From the NCBI GenBank assembly GCA_013416795.1, contig RQSC01000014.1:225597-289596 (forward strand): a DNA stretch of 64,000 bases, read 5' to 3'. Position 1 is the first letter of the stretch; the number at the start of each line of letters is the position of its first letter. The notes beneath the pieces were generated by a model. It did no database searches and was not told where the DNA came from. It was given only the letters and a program-made list of their open reading frames with translations. The DNA comes from Prasinococcaceae sp. CCMP 1430 (Eukaryota > Plantae > Prasinodermophyta). A program made the position numbers and the translations under genes. Positions 10,471-21,284 of the stretch are shown here, piece after piece.

Positions 10471-12378
10471 CTACCAAGGCGCGAACTCAGGGCGCGCGCG
10501 TTGCTGGTCCGGAGGCAGCACATCAGCAGGCTCGACGGCCGCGCGCATGCGCTCCGAGCGCTCCAAAAGCCCTGGGGACGGCTCCCAGGCGCGAAGGTGT
10601 GCTCCGGCGGGAAAGCCCAGCTCAGTAGGCGGGGTATTGCCGCTGCTGCCGTGCGCAACCTCTTCGGCGTCATCCTCGTCGGCGGGCACAAACCAGCGGG
10701 GTCGCCAGCCCCGAGTGCCGATGGGGCCATCCTCACGGCGCTTGCGCTCCTCCCTTTGCCTCTCTTCGATGGCGCGCTTTTGAGCAGCCGCCTCGTCCAG
10801 CGTCGCCTCAAGGCTATCATCTGCGGCCCCGACCTTGCCCGCGTTGGAGAGCGCTGCACGATCGGGCCTTAGGCGCGAGTCCGAATTGAGAATGGCGCCA
10901 AACGCGTTGCGCCAGAGGAGCTGGCGGGCTACGCCTTCGGGTAGTGCGTACCGCTCCTTCAGCGTCTTGCGCTCGGCGTCGCCTGCGTCCTCGTCCACGC
11001 TAGCTGGGCTGACGTGCTCCCACAGATTGAGGCGGTGGGGTGCTTCTAAACCCGAGGCACACCACGCACCATCGTCGCCTTCGATGCCGTCGATGATATG
11101 TGCATTGAGATTTTCGCCAAGCACGCCGCAGAGCCGCAGCTCCGGTCGATCTGGGTAGTGCTCCGCAGCAGCCCATGCGTGGCCTCGGAGCACGCGTTGC
11201 TGCCGTTCAGGAACCTTCTCCGCTGCGTGCTGCCCCTTTCGCTCGCCATCGTCACCGCCGCTGAGCCACGCGCTGATGGTAGCGCCGAAGGCGCCGGTGG
11301 CGCCTTCGCCGTTGCCCGCCGCGCCGACGGGCGCGCCATCATCTGGTTCGAACGCGACCACTGCGCGCGCGCCAGTGGTCTCATTGATCACGCGGAGCTC
11401 ACCTAGAGTGTCCACCCACACGCTGCCATCCCTGGTGGCTGTCGAGAAGCCGTTGACGATCGCCGGCATGAAGTTGCGAATCTCGTGGTCGGGTGACTCG
11501 ATGCGAAACGTGTGCCCGGACGCCTTGAGCGTCACGCGCTCGACCGAGTTAGGCAGCAGCTTGAGCGACGTGAGCGTCGTGCTGGTCGCAGGCCGATGCG
11601 TCGCCGTGTAGCGAAATGCGTCGCTGTCAGCGTAGACGGCACTCACGGGTGGTTGATGGGATACTTGCTCGGCGAGCAAATACAGGGATGTCGTGGCCTG
11701 GGCGTCGGCGCCAGCGGCTCCCTCCCGTTCGCTTCTGGGCTGCAATACGATCTCGAAGCTTTCGCCGAGCACGGGATTGAAGGGTTTCGCAGCCCGCGAG
11801 GCCGACCGCTGCGCGGACACCGCCCACGCTGCCACCAGGGCGACGGCTCGCGCGCCCTCCCCTCTCGCGGCGGCCGCGTCTGCTTCCACCAATGGCATGA
11901 TGTCCTCGGCCGAAGCGAAGCGCTCGCTCACTCTGCTGAGATTGGTGGTTGGCTCGAACACACTGCGGAGGCATGGTGGGGCAGGCGCGGCGGCGAAGGT
12001 CCGCGTCAGCGCGTGGCATTGTGTCCAATTGCTGCATGCCAATCGATGCGCATCGGCCGATGCAGCATGCGGCATTGATGGCGAGGCGCGCGTGTGACCC
12101 CGCGTGGCGCCACCCTACCGCACTCGCCTTACGGGCAGCGAGAGAAGCGACGACGCGAACGACGGCAGGGCAAATCCGAAGAGGCCGCCTCCGCTGCCAG
12201 AGCTGGTGCGCGAGTATCGCTCCCCCTCGTCGTCGGCAGTCCGCACGGCGGCGGCGGTCGGGGAGTCGCCATCGCCGACATTGACACCGCCCTCGCTTGG
12301 TGCCGCCCCCCCCGCCGCCTGGTCCAGCCCGAGCGCCCCCGAGGCGGAGCGCGCGAGCGCAGACGCCCACCCCTCCAT
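10471..12378 (-). CDS. Short oxysterol-binding protein-related protein (ORD domain only), 2 exons (12378-12128, 11962-10471), GC-AG intron
   Basis: LSLPV|SVFEP, KPFNPVLGESF, AEQVSHQPP, DSRLRPDRAAL, KRAIEERQREERK and WRPRWF. Confidence 0.9.
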
Positions 12379-12663
12379 TGCGATGGCCGTGCTCGAGCGC
12401 ACCGGCGGCCCGAGCGCGCACTGCCGCCGCGCGTCTGCGCGTGGTGGTGGTGTGGTGGTGGTGTGGTGTTGGCGAGCCGCCGCCGCCGTAACACCCACCC
12501 ACACGATCACTTCTTGCGCGGGTGCTCTGGCGAGGTGCGAAAATCGCCCAGGAATGTTCGAATGACGGGACAGCTGCCTGCACGGGTCAAAATGAGAGGA
12601 CGCCTCGAATTCGCGCGAGTCGTGTGAATTTTGTTGGATACCAAGGAGGGCACCGAGCTAGAG

Positions 12664-12742
12664 CATGGAGCATGGAGGATGGAGATGGAGATGGAGATGG
12701 AGGATGGAGGGGGGAGCATGGAGCGTGGAGGATGGAGTGGAG
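12664..12742. repeat. Imperfect (ATGGAG)n hexamer tandem repeat, intergenic
   Basis: catggagcatggaggatggagatggagatggagatggaggatggag... read directly. Confidence 0.85.
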
Positions 12743-13018
12743 CTGGATCGGCGCCGCCGCCCGCCTCGGGCTGGACGATGCCATCGCCGCTCGCGGGGCC
12801 ACGCAGCGCGGCAGCGGCCCGCAGGCCACCGGGTGGGACGGGTGTGAGTGGGGAGAGCTTGGCGGTGGGTGACGATCCCTCTTCGTGCTGTGCTGTGCGG
12901 CGCTCGCACGCTTGGAGCTCTCGCGTGGCGCGAGGAGAACCTCGGGGTAAAAGGTAATGGTTCGCTTGTTTACACGCGCGGGGGCGCACTGTGCACCAGT
13001 GCACGCTGGTGCCCCGCC

Positions 13019-13766
13019 TTACTCTGCCGCCGGGGTGGGCGCGGTGTAGGTTCCCTTGGCGATGGCGTCCGCGATGGTGCGCGCCTCCGACTTCGTCGCC
13101 TTGACGCTGAAGACCTGCAATCGAGAAGACACGCGCTGAGTCAGCGACTTGAGCACGGTGGCGTGGGCGTGCGTGCGATGCGTTGGTGGTTGGGTGGGGT
13201 GGGGTGGGTGGGGAGGGGGACGGACGACCTGACGCGCTGCGCGGCGGGCGGGCTGGCACGCGTCTCACCTTCGTGGCGACCTTGGCGTTGATGGCGCCGC
13301 CCTTCTGCGGCCTGTACTCGGACGCCACCTTAGCCTTCAGGGCCGCCTCGCGCTCGAGGTTCTCCTCGGTGGGCTTGCCAAGCTGGACCCTGGCGATGGC
13401 GTGGGTACCCGGTCAGCGCACGCGTGCAGGCATGCGCGCGCGCGCCACCGCACACATCGGCTTCGCGCGCGCCGCCGCACTTCACACGCTACGCGCGCGC
13501 GCGCGCTGCAGATGCGCCCGCGGCGGGACGACGCTAGCGACCCGCGCGCGCGCGCCGTTGCCGTTTGCTGTCGGCGAGCAACGCGCTCAGCGCCGGGCCG
13601 CCGCGCGAGCGGAGCGTGCGAGCGCGCGAGGGCGCAAGATCGGAAGTGGCGGCCACGCGGGGGGCGGCTGCGTGCGCGACGTACTTTCCGTTGTCCTGGG
13701 CGAACGCCGGCGACGCGGTGGCGAGCACGGCCGCGGCCGCTGCGGCCGCCGCGAACTGCTGCGGGN
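13019..13766 (-). CDS. Small putative thylakoid-lumen protein of unknown function; 5' end lost at the N at 13766; exons <13766-13685, 13389-13269, 13114-13019
   Basis: Hydrophobic signal ending in A-x-A (FAAAAAAAAVLATASPAFA). Phase-compatible junctions AA|GTACGT..gccag|G and AAG|GTGAGA..ttgcag|GTC. GC3-rich codons; TGTAA poly(A) signal downstream. Confidence 0.7.
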
Positions 13767-14434
13767 CTGCGGTGCGAACGGATGGCGCGCCGCCCCGCCG
13801 CGCGGCCCTCGCGCTCCCGCGTTTCGTCGCCGTCGTGTTCCGCGAAAAGGCGCCCGCGCGCCCGCGCCGCGCTCCGGCCACCAAATCTGGGCCGCACTCC
13901 GGGCGGAAGTGCGTCGCGGGCACCCGACCGGATCGCGCAATCGGGACGCTCGCCGGTATCGAAACGCAGGCGCGCGCGCGCGACGCGGCGAACGCGCGGA
14001 ATTGCGCGGCGAGCGAGCGACGATTCGACCGGATATTTCTGCTGCTGCGCGCGTTTCCGTCGCTGCTTCGGGTTCGGGTTCGGAGCACCGCGGCGTACGC
14101 GCCGTCTTCGACCTTCTCACATCAATTGCATGATCACAGTGAGCCACAGGAGAGTAGTACAATCGGGCATGTGCACGCACGTGCCATGTGCAGGTGGGCC
14201 TGCGAGTGATGCCGCTTGTGCGGCACTTGGCACTTGAATGTGTGGCGCGGGACGTGCCCCAGGCGACCACGAGGACGCAGCATGCACACGAGAAAAGTGA
14301 ACCGCAACCTGCGCTATTAAGGTTTTGTGTACAGAAAAGATGTACAGGGTTTGTAAATATTGAATGCACACGAACCCTCCCGCCCGTCCAGCAAGCGAGC
14401 GAGCGAGGGGCCCGGGACGCCCGCCCGCCGGCCG

Positions 14435-15439
14435 TCAGCCGCCTCCGAGGGCGACGCTCGCCTGCACGAGCAGCTCCTGCGGCGTGGGGTTGGTGTTGTA
14501 CCCCTTTCCAACGGCGACGCCCGGCCGGCGCGCGCGCACGTAGTCCTCGACGAACGCCTGCACCGAGGGCGAGTCCGAGCCGTCCGCGCCATCGTGGTCG
14601 AGCAGATTGCACGCCACCTCGACGGCGCCATTGCCGTGCGGCAGGCCGGCCGCCTCGACCCTGGCCAGACCTCCTCCCCTCTCGCTGACCGCTCGCGCGC
14701 ACCGCCTGGCGAGCTCGAGGTCGTCCGTCGCCAGCGGCACGTTGTAGTTGACCACCCACTCTACCGCCCCCACGCAGCAGATGCCCTGGCTCGGGTGCGC
14801 CGCCCGAGGGCCGAAGTCGAACGAGAAGGGCTCATCGCCGTCCGTCGCAGCACCCCGCCACGTGCCACGCTTGGACCCCTTGAAGTAGCCCAGCCGTCGT
14901 CGCACGGCCGCCAGCCGCGCGCAGTTGGGCGAGAGCGCCCCGTATGCAGCGACGGGCACCCCGACCCCCGCGACCGCCTCCGCACACAGCCGCGCGGCGT
15001 CAGCAGCCTCCGCGAGCGTGCTTGCGCCAAGGGGGCTCACGTAGATGTGGTCGAGCGCCCCGAGGCGCGGGTGCGTCGCCTCGTGCGCGCGCAGGTCGAT
15101 GTGCCGCTCGCATGCCCGCGCGAGCTCGAGCGCGAGGAGCGCCAGGGCGTCGTCGCCGCCAGCGGAGCGGTCGACGCACACCGTGAAGCCCGTGCGGCTG
15201 TACGGCGCATCGACGAGCTCCGCGAGCACTGCGAGAGCCGGCGCTGCTCGAGGCGCGTGCGTGGCGGCGGCGGAGAGGGCGTCGCGTGCAGCGCGCAGCG
15301 CCGCGCCGTCCGCTGCGGACACGTACAGCGACGCGGCGAGCAGCGGCCGCGCGCCTGCGCGCTCCGCGAGCATCGCGTGCGTGGCCGCAGCGGCCGCCGC
15401 CCTCGCGGCCGCCGCTGCCGCCGCAGCCGCGCGCAGCAT
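14435..15439 (-). CDS. Glutamate formiminotransferase-like protein (plant FTCD N-terminal type) with organellar presequence
   Basis: D..YSRTGFT, IDLRAHEATHPRLGALDHI, RRRLGYFK, FDFGP, VVNYNVPL, VSERGGGLARVEA and EVACNLLD. Confidence 0.9.
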   Translation of the reverse strand: MLRAAAAAAAAARAAAAAATHAMLAERAGARPLLAASLYVSAADGAALRAARDALSAAATHAPRAAPALAVLAELVDAPYSRTGFTVCVDRSAGGDDALALLALELARACERHIDLRAHEATHPRLGALDHIYVSPLGASTLAEAADAARLCAEAVAGVGVPVAAYGALSPNCARLAAVRRRLGYFKGSKRGTWRGAATDGDEPFSFDFGPRAAHPSQGICCVGAVEWVVNYNVPLATDDLELARRCARAVSERGGGLARVEAAGLPHGNGAVEVACNLLDHDGADGSDSPSVQAFVEDYVRARRPGVAVGKGYNTNPTPQELLVQASVALGGG

Positions 15440-15924
15440 GCGCCCGCGACCCCTTCTCCCCCCCTCCTTGCTGCCTCCCTCCCCGCGGCGTGTGGCGCAA
15501 CCCACCTGCCAGCGCCTGCCTGGCCCTCCCATCGGAACTTTGGGCCTAGCGACCGAGTGGCTTTGCCATCAAAAGACATGCGAATTGTTCGACCCCCGTT
15601 GATTGACTTTTTGCGCGCAGGCGCGTGCGTTTGAGTGGTTCTTCGGTGCTTTGGGTGGTGACTGACGTCAACTAAACGACAGAGAATTCATTTCGGATCT
15701 CACTCAGGCGTTTTCTGAGCTCGGAGCGCACGCGCCGCGCCGCAATTCGTCGGCCGCTTCCTTTCAACGGCGGTGGGAATAGGAACAGGTCGAAGGGCGG
15801 TTGGTTCCCCGCAGTCGCCTGCCTGCGCGCAGCGCCGCTGCGCCGCGGCGCGCGCCGCAGCGCGCTCGCGCGCTTCCCCGCAAATCGCCGGCGCGCGAGG
15901 GCGGCGCGGGGGCGGCGCGGTGCC

Positions 15925-17344
15925 ATGCCGCGCGCGCCCGACGAGACGATCTTCGACCTGTTCCTCACGACGCGCGCCAACGTCATCTACACACGCAGGC
16001 AGCACCGCGGCACGAACACCTATTTCGCCGCGCGCGAGTGCGTTTGCTTGGCATGCTGCGAGCTCGATGAGGAAGTGCTGCCGCTAAAGGTCGCAGGAGT
16101 GGGATACAACGGCGTCGCGGCACCGCAAGGTTCGGAGTATGGCCTCATGGTCGGCAACAGGGTGGTCGTTCATGGCATGAAGAGGGACGTCACGCTCAAT
16201 GGGATGAGTGGGAGCGTGCAGGGCGTACAGGTGCGTGCGCCGCGGACGGGCAACTTGCTTATAATGCAGAGCGTCCCACCGGGTGGCATAGCGCCCACTG
16301 CTGCTGACGCCGCGGTTCCGCGGGCGCCGTTCCGCGCCGTTGTCGACCGCCGCTGCCGCCGCCGCCGCGCACGCAGGACACCGCTGTGGTGGTGCGCATG
16401 GACGCAGAGCAAGGCGGTACCAAGGCGCTGAGACCGTGCAACATCGCAAAGCTGCTCGGCGCCGAGATGATGGCCCCATTTACAGCGCCGGCGATGGCCA
16501 CCATGAACGCGCCAATCCAGGCGTTCGGCCCCGCGAGCGTGGCCACGCGCTCGACTGCACAAACGCCAAACACAGCCGGCATGTTTCCAACGGGCGCCCG
16601 CGTGGTCATGCACGGCCTGCAGAGCGAGCGCCACCGCGCGCTCAACCTCACGTGCGGCACCGTCGTTGCCGTTCAGGACGGGTCCGTTCTCGTCAAGACG
16701 GACAAGGCTCTCGCACCCGAGGGCACCAGCCAGGTCAGAAATCGCTCGCGACTGGAGCGCGTGCATGCTCGCGCGCGCGTCTTTGAGAGACCCACCCCCG
16801 CAGGTGGCCCTGCCAAAAGTGCGCCCTCGGCGCACCGTGCCAATGATGATACACTGCCTGGGGCCGTGCTAACGGCCGCGCCGCACGCACACCCGTACGT
16901 GTATGCCTACCCGCATGCGCGCACTGCAGACGCTGGCGTTCGATCCCAACAATCTCACATTGCATGAGGAGGTGCCCGTCGCCCAGGGTGCACAAGGGGC
17001 ACCGACGGCCGCATTTGCTGCACCAACGGCCGATGCAAGCGTGCTGGATCCCGAGCTCGCAAGCAGGTGAGGCATGCGAAATGCTGCGGACCGTACACGC
17101 TTGCGTGGGGCCAGAGCGCACGCACGCTTGCGAGCTCCGAGGCGCTGACGTCGCGGCTGTACCGCGCCTTCTCTCTGCCCTGGCGCGCACGCGCAGCCTC
17201 GGGTCGCACCTAGCGCAAGCGGGACCCACGCTCATTCGGCTGGGCGTGCGTGACGCGTCCGACCTAAGTCTACTGCACGAGAGCGACCTCGAGGAGCTGC
17301 CGCTCGTCACACGGCGGAAAGTGCTGAGTCTCGCCGAGCCGTGA
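15925..17344 (+). CDS. Unknown protein with two KOW/SH3-like repeats and a C-terminal SAM-like domain; exons 15925-16230, 16377-16733, 16930-17066, 17197-17344
   Basis: All three GT-AG introns are phase-compatible. Repeats are GNRVVVHGMKRDVTLNGMSGSV and GARVVMHGLQSERHRALNLTCGTV; the tail is LGSHLAQAGPTLIRLGVRDASDLSLLHESDLEELPLVTRRKVL. Confidence 0.72.
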
Positions 17345-17675
17345 TAATGGGAAGCACGCGACACACACTGGGGAGACGCGAGCGCACTGAGCTCACTCGC
17401 AGCAAGCACGCAGGTTCCACGGGCAATCGTTGCTCACGCTGTGAAAAAGGTCTGACTGCCTCCACTACTGGAGCGCTTCACATAGTATGTACAGTACAGT
17501 ACTAGTGTCTAAGAACCTGAACAGCGTGCCTCCACTCGTCATTCGTGTCTCTGAGTGCACGCGTGACCTGCACGAATCCACTCGTAGCTCAGTGGTGTGC
17601 GTGCCGTGGCGTTGGGTGCATCGTAGACGCGCGCGTCCGATGCACAAACTTCGCCCATTGGCCGTCTCCGGTCTT

Positions 17676-19151
17676 TCAGAGGTAGTCGTACAGCGAGGGC
17701 ATGCAGCGCGGGCAATCGCAATCGAAGCCGTAGAGCTTGAGCATCAGATCGCGGGAGCGGCACTTGCACACGTCGTCGCGCACGCAGTCCTCGCAGTAGA
17801 CCCCGCCCGTGTAGTCGCAGAAATGCCACTCGTGCTGGCAGCCCGCAACGTCGCTGCAAATGCTACTTCCACAGCCCATGCAGTGGTGCATCTTGATGCC
17901 TGGCCCAGAATCGTCATCGAAGCAACTCCAGCAGATCCTGCGCCGGCACTTCGAGCACGTCGTTGACTCCTCAAAAGCCTCGAAGAAGCAAGAAGCGCAT
18001 GCGCTCGCATACTCGGCGTCGATGTCGCAGTAGCTGCACAACATGTGTGCTTCGAAGGCGCCAGCAGTGCTCGTTGAAGTCGAAGCTTGAGCAGGCAGCA
18101 CAGTATGCTCCTGTGCCCTGCGTGCGAGGCAAGGCGAGCAGGTCTCGCCACCAAAACAAACCTCACAGCCTAAGTGCTCGACCTTGTCGCGGCACCCGGC
18201 TTGCGCGCACTGCCAGCGCATGCATTCGGTGCATCGACTTGCTTCATCCCAGCGCACGTCGTCGTGCCACGCTGCTCGGCACTGGCTCTGCTCAGTGCAG
18301 GGTACCAGCGCATTGCAAGTTCGACACACCGTCCGCCGGCGCACGCGCGCGCACCTGTCACACGCAGCGAGATCGAGCTTGAGCTTGCCGCGTTGCCCAG
18401 CTGGCGAACGCTCCAGCGCCCGCACGGTTCGCACATCGCCAAAGTGCAAGCCGGTCAGACCGAGCCTGACTTCCTCGGTCGATGCAGGCGGCCCCGTCGC
18501 GCAGAGGGAGCGCAGGCAGTTCAACTGCGCTTGTTGGGCTGATCGTGTGCCCGATGCAGCCACCACCGCCATGGCTGGGTGTGTCATGTCCGTCGAGAGT
18601 GTCAGGGCCTCGAGCTTGCTCTGGCGGGCAACGGACCTCCATACGAGGTCCCACTGCACGCGCAGTGTGATCTTTTGGTTGAAGGTTGGGATGGTAATCT
18701 TCCTCACCCTGCGCTCTGCTCGCAACAACAGGCTAGACATGTGCCGCGCGTCCATTTCCGTGGAGAGCTCTAGCTCGCTCGGGTAGAGCAACGCGCAGCG
18801 GTACACACAATCCCTCCACGCGCGCGACACGCACGCCATCGTGCACACGCTCTTGAGGGTGCACTGCTTGAGGATGAGGAAGCGGATGTCGAGGTCGAGC
18901 CCCTGTCTCGGACACGCCCTCAGCTGTAGCCGTGCCTGAACACACGCCGAGCGGGGCGAGCAACGCGAGGCCGCTGCGCGGGCGGTGTGGGGCCAGACCG
19001 AGCGGCAAGCCCCAGAACGGTGGCCACCTCCGCCATCACCGCATTCACCGGCAGTGCCAGCAAACGCGAGGGGCTCCCTCATGGCGAGCGGCACCTTTCC
19101 GGGCGCGGGACCCGCGGCTTTCTTGCCCTTGGACTTGCCCTTGCGCGCCAT
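17676..19151 (-). CDS. F-box protein with a long CxxC-rich C-terminal region (a 5' intron is possible)
   Basis: F-box-like LDLDIRFLILKQCTLKSVCTMACVSRAWRDCV, followed by more than 10 CxxC pairs. Start MARKGKSK at 19151. Confidence 0.75.
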   Translation of the reverse strand: MARKGKSKGKKAAGPAPGKVPLAMREPLAFAGTAGECGDGGGGHRSGACRSVWPHTARAAASRCSPRSACVQARLQLRACPRQGLDLDIRFLILKQCTLKSVCTMACVSRAWRDCVYRCALLYPSELELSTEMDARHMSSLLLRAERRVRKITIPTFNQKITLRVQWDLVWRSVARQSKLEALTLSTDMTHPAMAVVAASGTRSAQQAQLNCLRSLCATGPPASTEEVRLGLTGLHFGDVRTVRALERSPAGQRGKLKLDLAACDRCARVRRRTVCRTCNALVPCTEQSQCRAAWHDDVRWDEASRCTECMRWQCAQAGCRDKVEHLGCEVCFGGETCSPCLARRAQEHTVLPAQASTSTSTAGAFEAHMLCSYCDIDAEYASACASCFFEAFEESTTCSKCRRRICWSCFDDDSGPGIKMHHCMGCGSSICSDVAGCQHEWHFCDYTGGVYCEDCVRDDVCKCRSRDLMLKLYGFDCDCPRCMPSLYDYL

Positions 19152-19724
19152 CGCGCCGGTGCCCCCCAGGTGAGGCACCCTCCCGCTCGCGCTGCGCGCG
19201 CGGTGTGGGCAGCGTGCAGCGCTTCCGCGCTTTTTTTTCTCTTCTCCGCCGTCTCCGCGGCGCCTGCTACTTTTCGCACCCCCGCGCCGCGAAAGTCGCC
19301 ATATCAAAATGCATCTAGGGTCTGCGTGTGAGAAAACATCCAGAAAAGTGGATTACGTGTGATGATGGTGAGCGTCTTTTGTTTAGGGTCAGAGCAGCGC
19401 CGTGCGGCCGCGCCGTAACGGTTCCCCCTTTCGGCGCGGGGCGCCAGACAGCACGCGCACTGGGTGGGGGCGGCAGCGCAGCCCGTGCGGGGGGAGGAGG
19501 GTGAGGGGTGGGGGCAGTCTCGGGAAGGGAGGAGTGGCCAGGGCTGGGCGGTGCGAAGGGCCTGCTGGTGGCGCCACGCGTGGCGGCGGCGCGCGCGCGG
19601 GAGCGCGCGCGTGCTCACGGCCCGCGAGGGCGTACCGAGCGCACGTGCGAGCGCAGTGCGCGGGCGGGGCGCGGGCGGCCGCGCGCGGCCGCGCGGGCGT
19701 GCGGATAGGAAGGCAGGCGCCGCC

Positions 19725-21284
19725 ATGCTACTGCCGCCGCCGCTCTATAAGCCCAATGGCACGTTCGCGCGATCCACAGCGCCGCCGTCGTCGGCGGGTG
19801 CGGCGTCGGGTGCAACCTCCGATGGCCTTCGAGCGGAGATGTCGGCCGTCGAGGCAGAGCGTGCGCGAGTCGCCGCACAGCTCGAGGCGCTCCAGAAGAC
19901 CTACGCAGAGGACAAGAAGGAAATACTGACCTTTGGCAGGGATGCGGCGGCCACTAATGCCTCCCTCAAGCAGCGCCTCGCAGAGGCGGAAGCGAAGGTG
20001 GCCGCGGGCGCCAGCCAGAAGGCGGCACTCGACGCGCAGCTGGCAGCCGCCAAGAATTGCAAGGATGAGCTTGCTGACGCACGCCGCGCGCAAGGGGCAG
20101 CAGAGGCGGAGGCTGCCGAGTTGCGCGGACGCCAGTCGGCTGCTGAGGCTCGCGCGCGCGAGGTGGATGCCGACCGGCGCGAGGCAATCATGCGTGCGGA
20201 CGCCGCAAAGGACAAGGCAGACGAAGCGCGCGCTGAGCTCGCCAACGCCAGGGGGACCGTCAACAGGCTCGAGGATGAGCTCGCCGATGCTCGTCGCAAG
20301 CTGCGCGAGGCCGACGTCCGGCTTGCTGCGGCGACCGCGCGTGCTGATGCCGCCGAGGCAGGCGACAGCGCTGCGCGTGCAAACGCAGCCGAGGCTGCGC
20401 TTGTTGCCGCCATCAAGGACAAGGAGACACTCGAGGCGCACATCCACGAGGGGCGACACGCTGCGGCAGAGAGCGCTGAGGCCATCGAGCAACTGCAGGC
20501 GGAGGTCCGCGAGCTGAATCTCGTGTGGGCGCGCACAGATCGCGAGCGAGGCGAAGCGCTTGCACGCGCGAGCGCGGCCGAGAGCGCACGAGAGAAAGTA
20601 TCATCCCTTGAGTCTCAGCTGGCATCAAGTCAGCTTGAAGTGCGCGAGGCGTCGCGACGCCTATCAGAGCTCAAGGCGGAGGCCGCAGCCGTGCCCATGC
20701 TGCGCTCCAAGCTTGAATTGGTCACTGCAGAGCGCGAGGCACACGTACAGGCGCTTGAGAGTGCGGGCAAGGAAAAGTCCGAGCTGAGCGAGGGCCTCTC
20801 GAAGAGGCTGGCTGCGTTGCAGGAGGAGGCGCAGCGCCTGAACTCAAAGCTGAGTGTCGAGGTTGGACGCCGCGAGGAAATGGAGGGGTCGTATGCACGG
20901 CTGCTGGTAGCCGCACAGGCGGCCAAGGAGCACTTCGAGACCACCGAGGAGGAGCGCCTACGCCTCGACGACTTGCTGACACGCATGCGCGCCCGTGCGA
21001 ACGACTCCGACGCACATGCAGCGCTCACGATGGCGGGCCCGAACAACACTGCGTCCGCCGCGCCAGCGGGAATGGACGTGCTGAGTGCTATGGGCGCCGT
21101 ACGCCAGCAAATGCGCGGAGCGGTCGCGTCAGTGCTTGAGGTGGGCCCAGCGGGCGCGGCGGCGATGCCGGACCTCTACGCGTCAGCACCCACGGGCGCA
21201 CGGCTCGTTGCGTCGCCCGTGCGCGGCGGCTACATGGGCTTGCCGGTCGCGCCGCCCACACCCAAACCCTCGTGGTTCGCGTAG
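19725..21284 (+). CDS. Long coiled-coil protein of unknown function (about 519 aa)
   Basis: ATG in gccgccATG context; an A/E/L/R heptad-rich stretch runs for about 400 aa; GC3-rich codons. Confidence 0.75.
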   Translation: MLLPPPLYKPNGTFARSTAPPSSAGAASGATSDGLRAEMSAVEAERARVAAQLEALQKTYAEDKKEILTFGRDAAATNASLKQRLAEAEAKVAAGASQKAALDAQLAAAKNCKDELADARRAQGAAEAEAAELRGRQSAAEARAREVDADRREAIMRADAAKDKADEARAELANARGTVNRLEDELADARRKLREADVRLAAATARADAAEAGDSAARANAAEAALVAAIKDKETLEAHIHEGRHAAAESAEAIEQLQAEVRELNLVWARTDRERGEALARASAAESAREKVSSLESQLASSQLEVREASRRLSELKAEAAAVPMLRSKLELVTAEREAHVQALESAGKEKSELSEGLSKRLAALQEEAQRLNSKLSVEVGRREEMEGSYARLLVAAQAAKEHFETTEEERLRLDDLLTRMRARANDSDAHAALTMAGPNNTASAAPAGMDVLSAMGAVRQQMRGAVASVLEVGPAGAAAMPDLYASAPTGARLVASPVRGGYMGLPVAPPTPKPSWFA

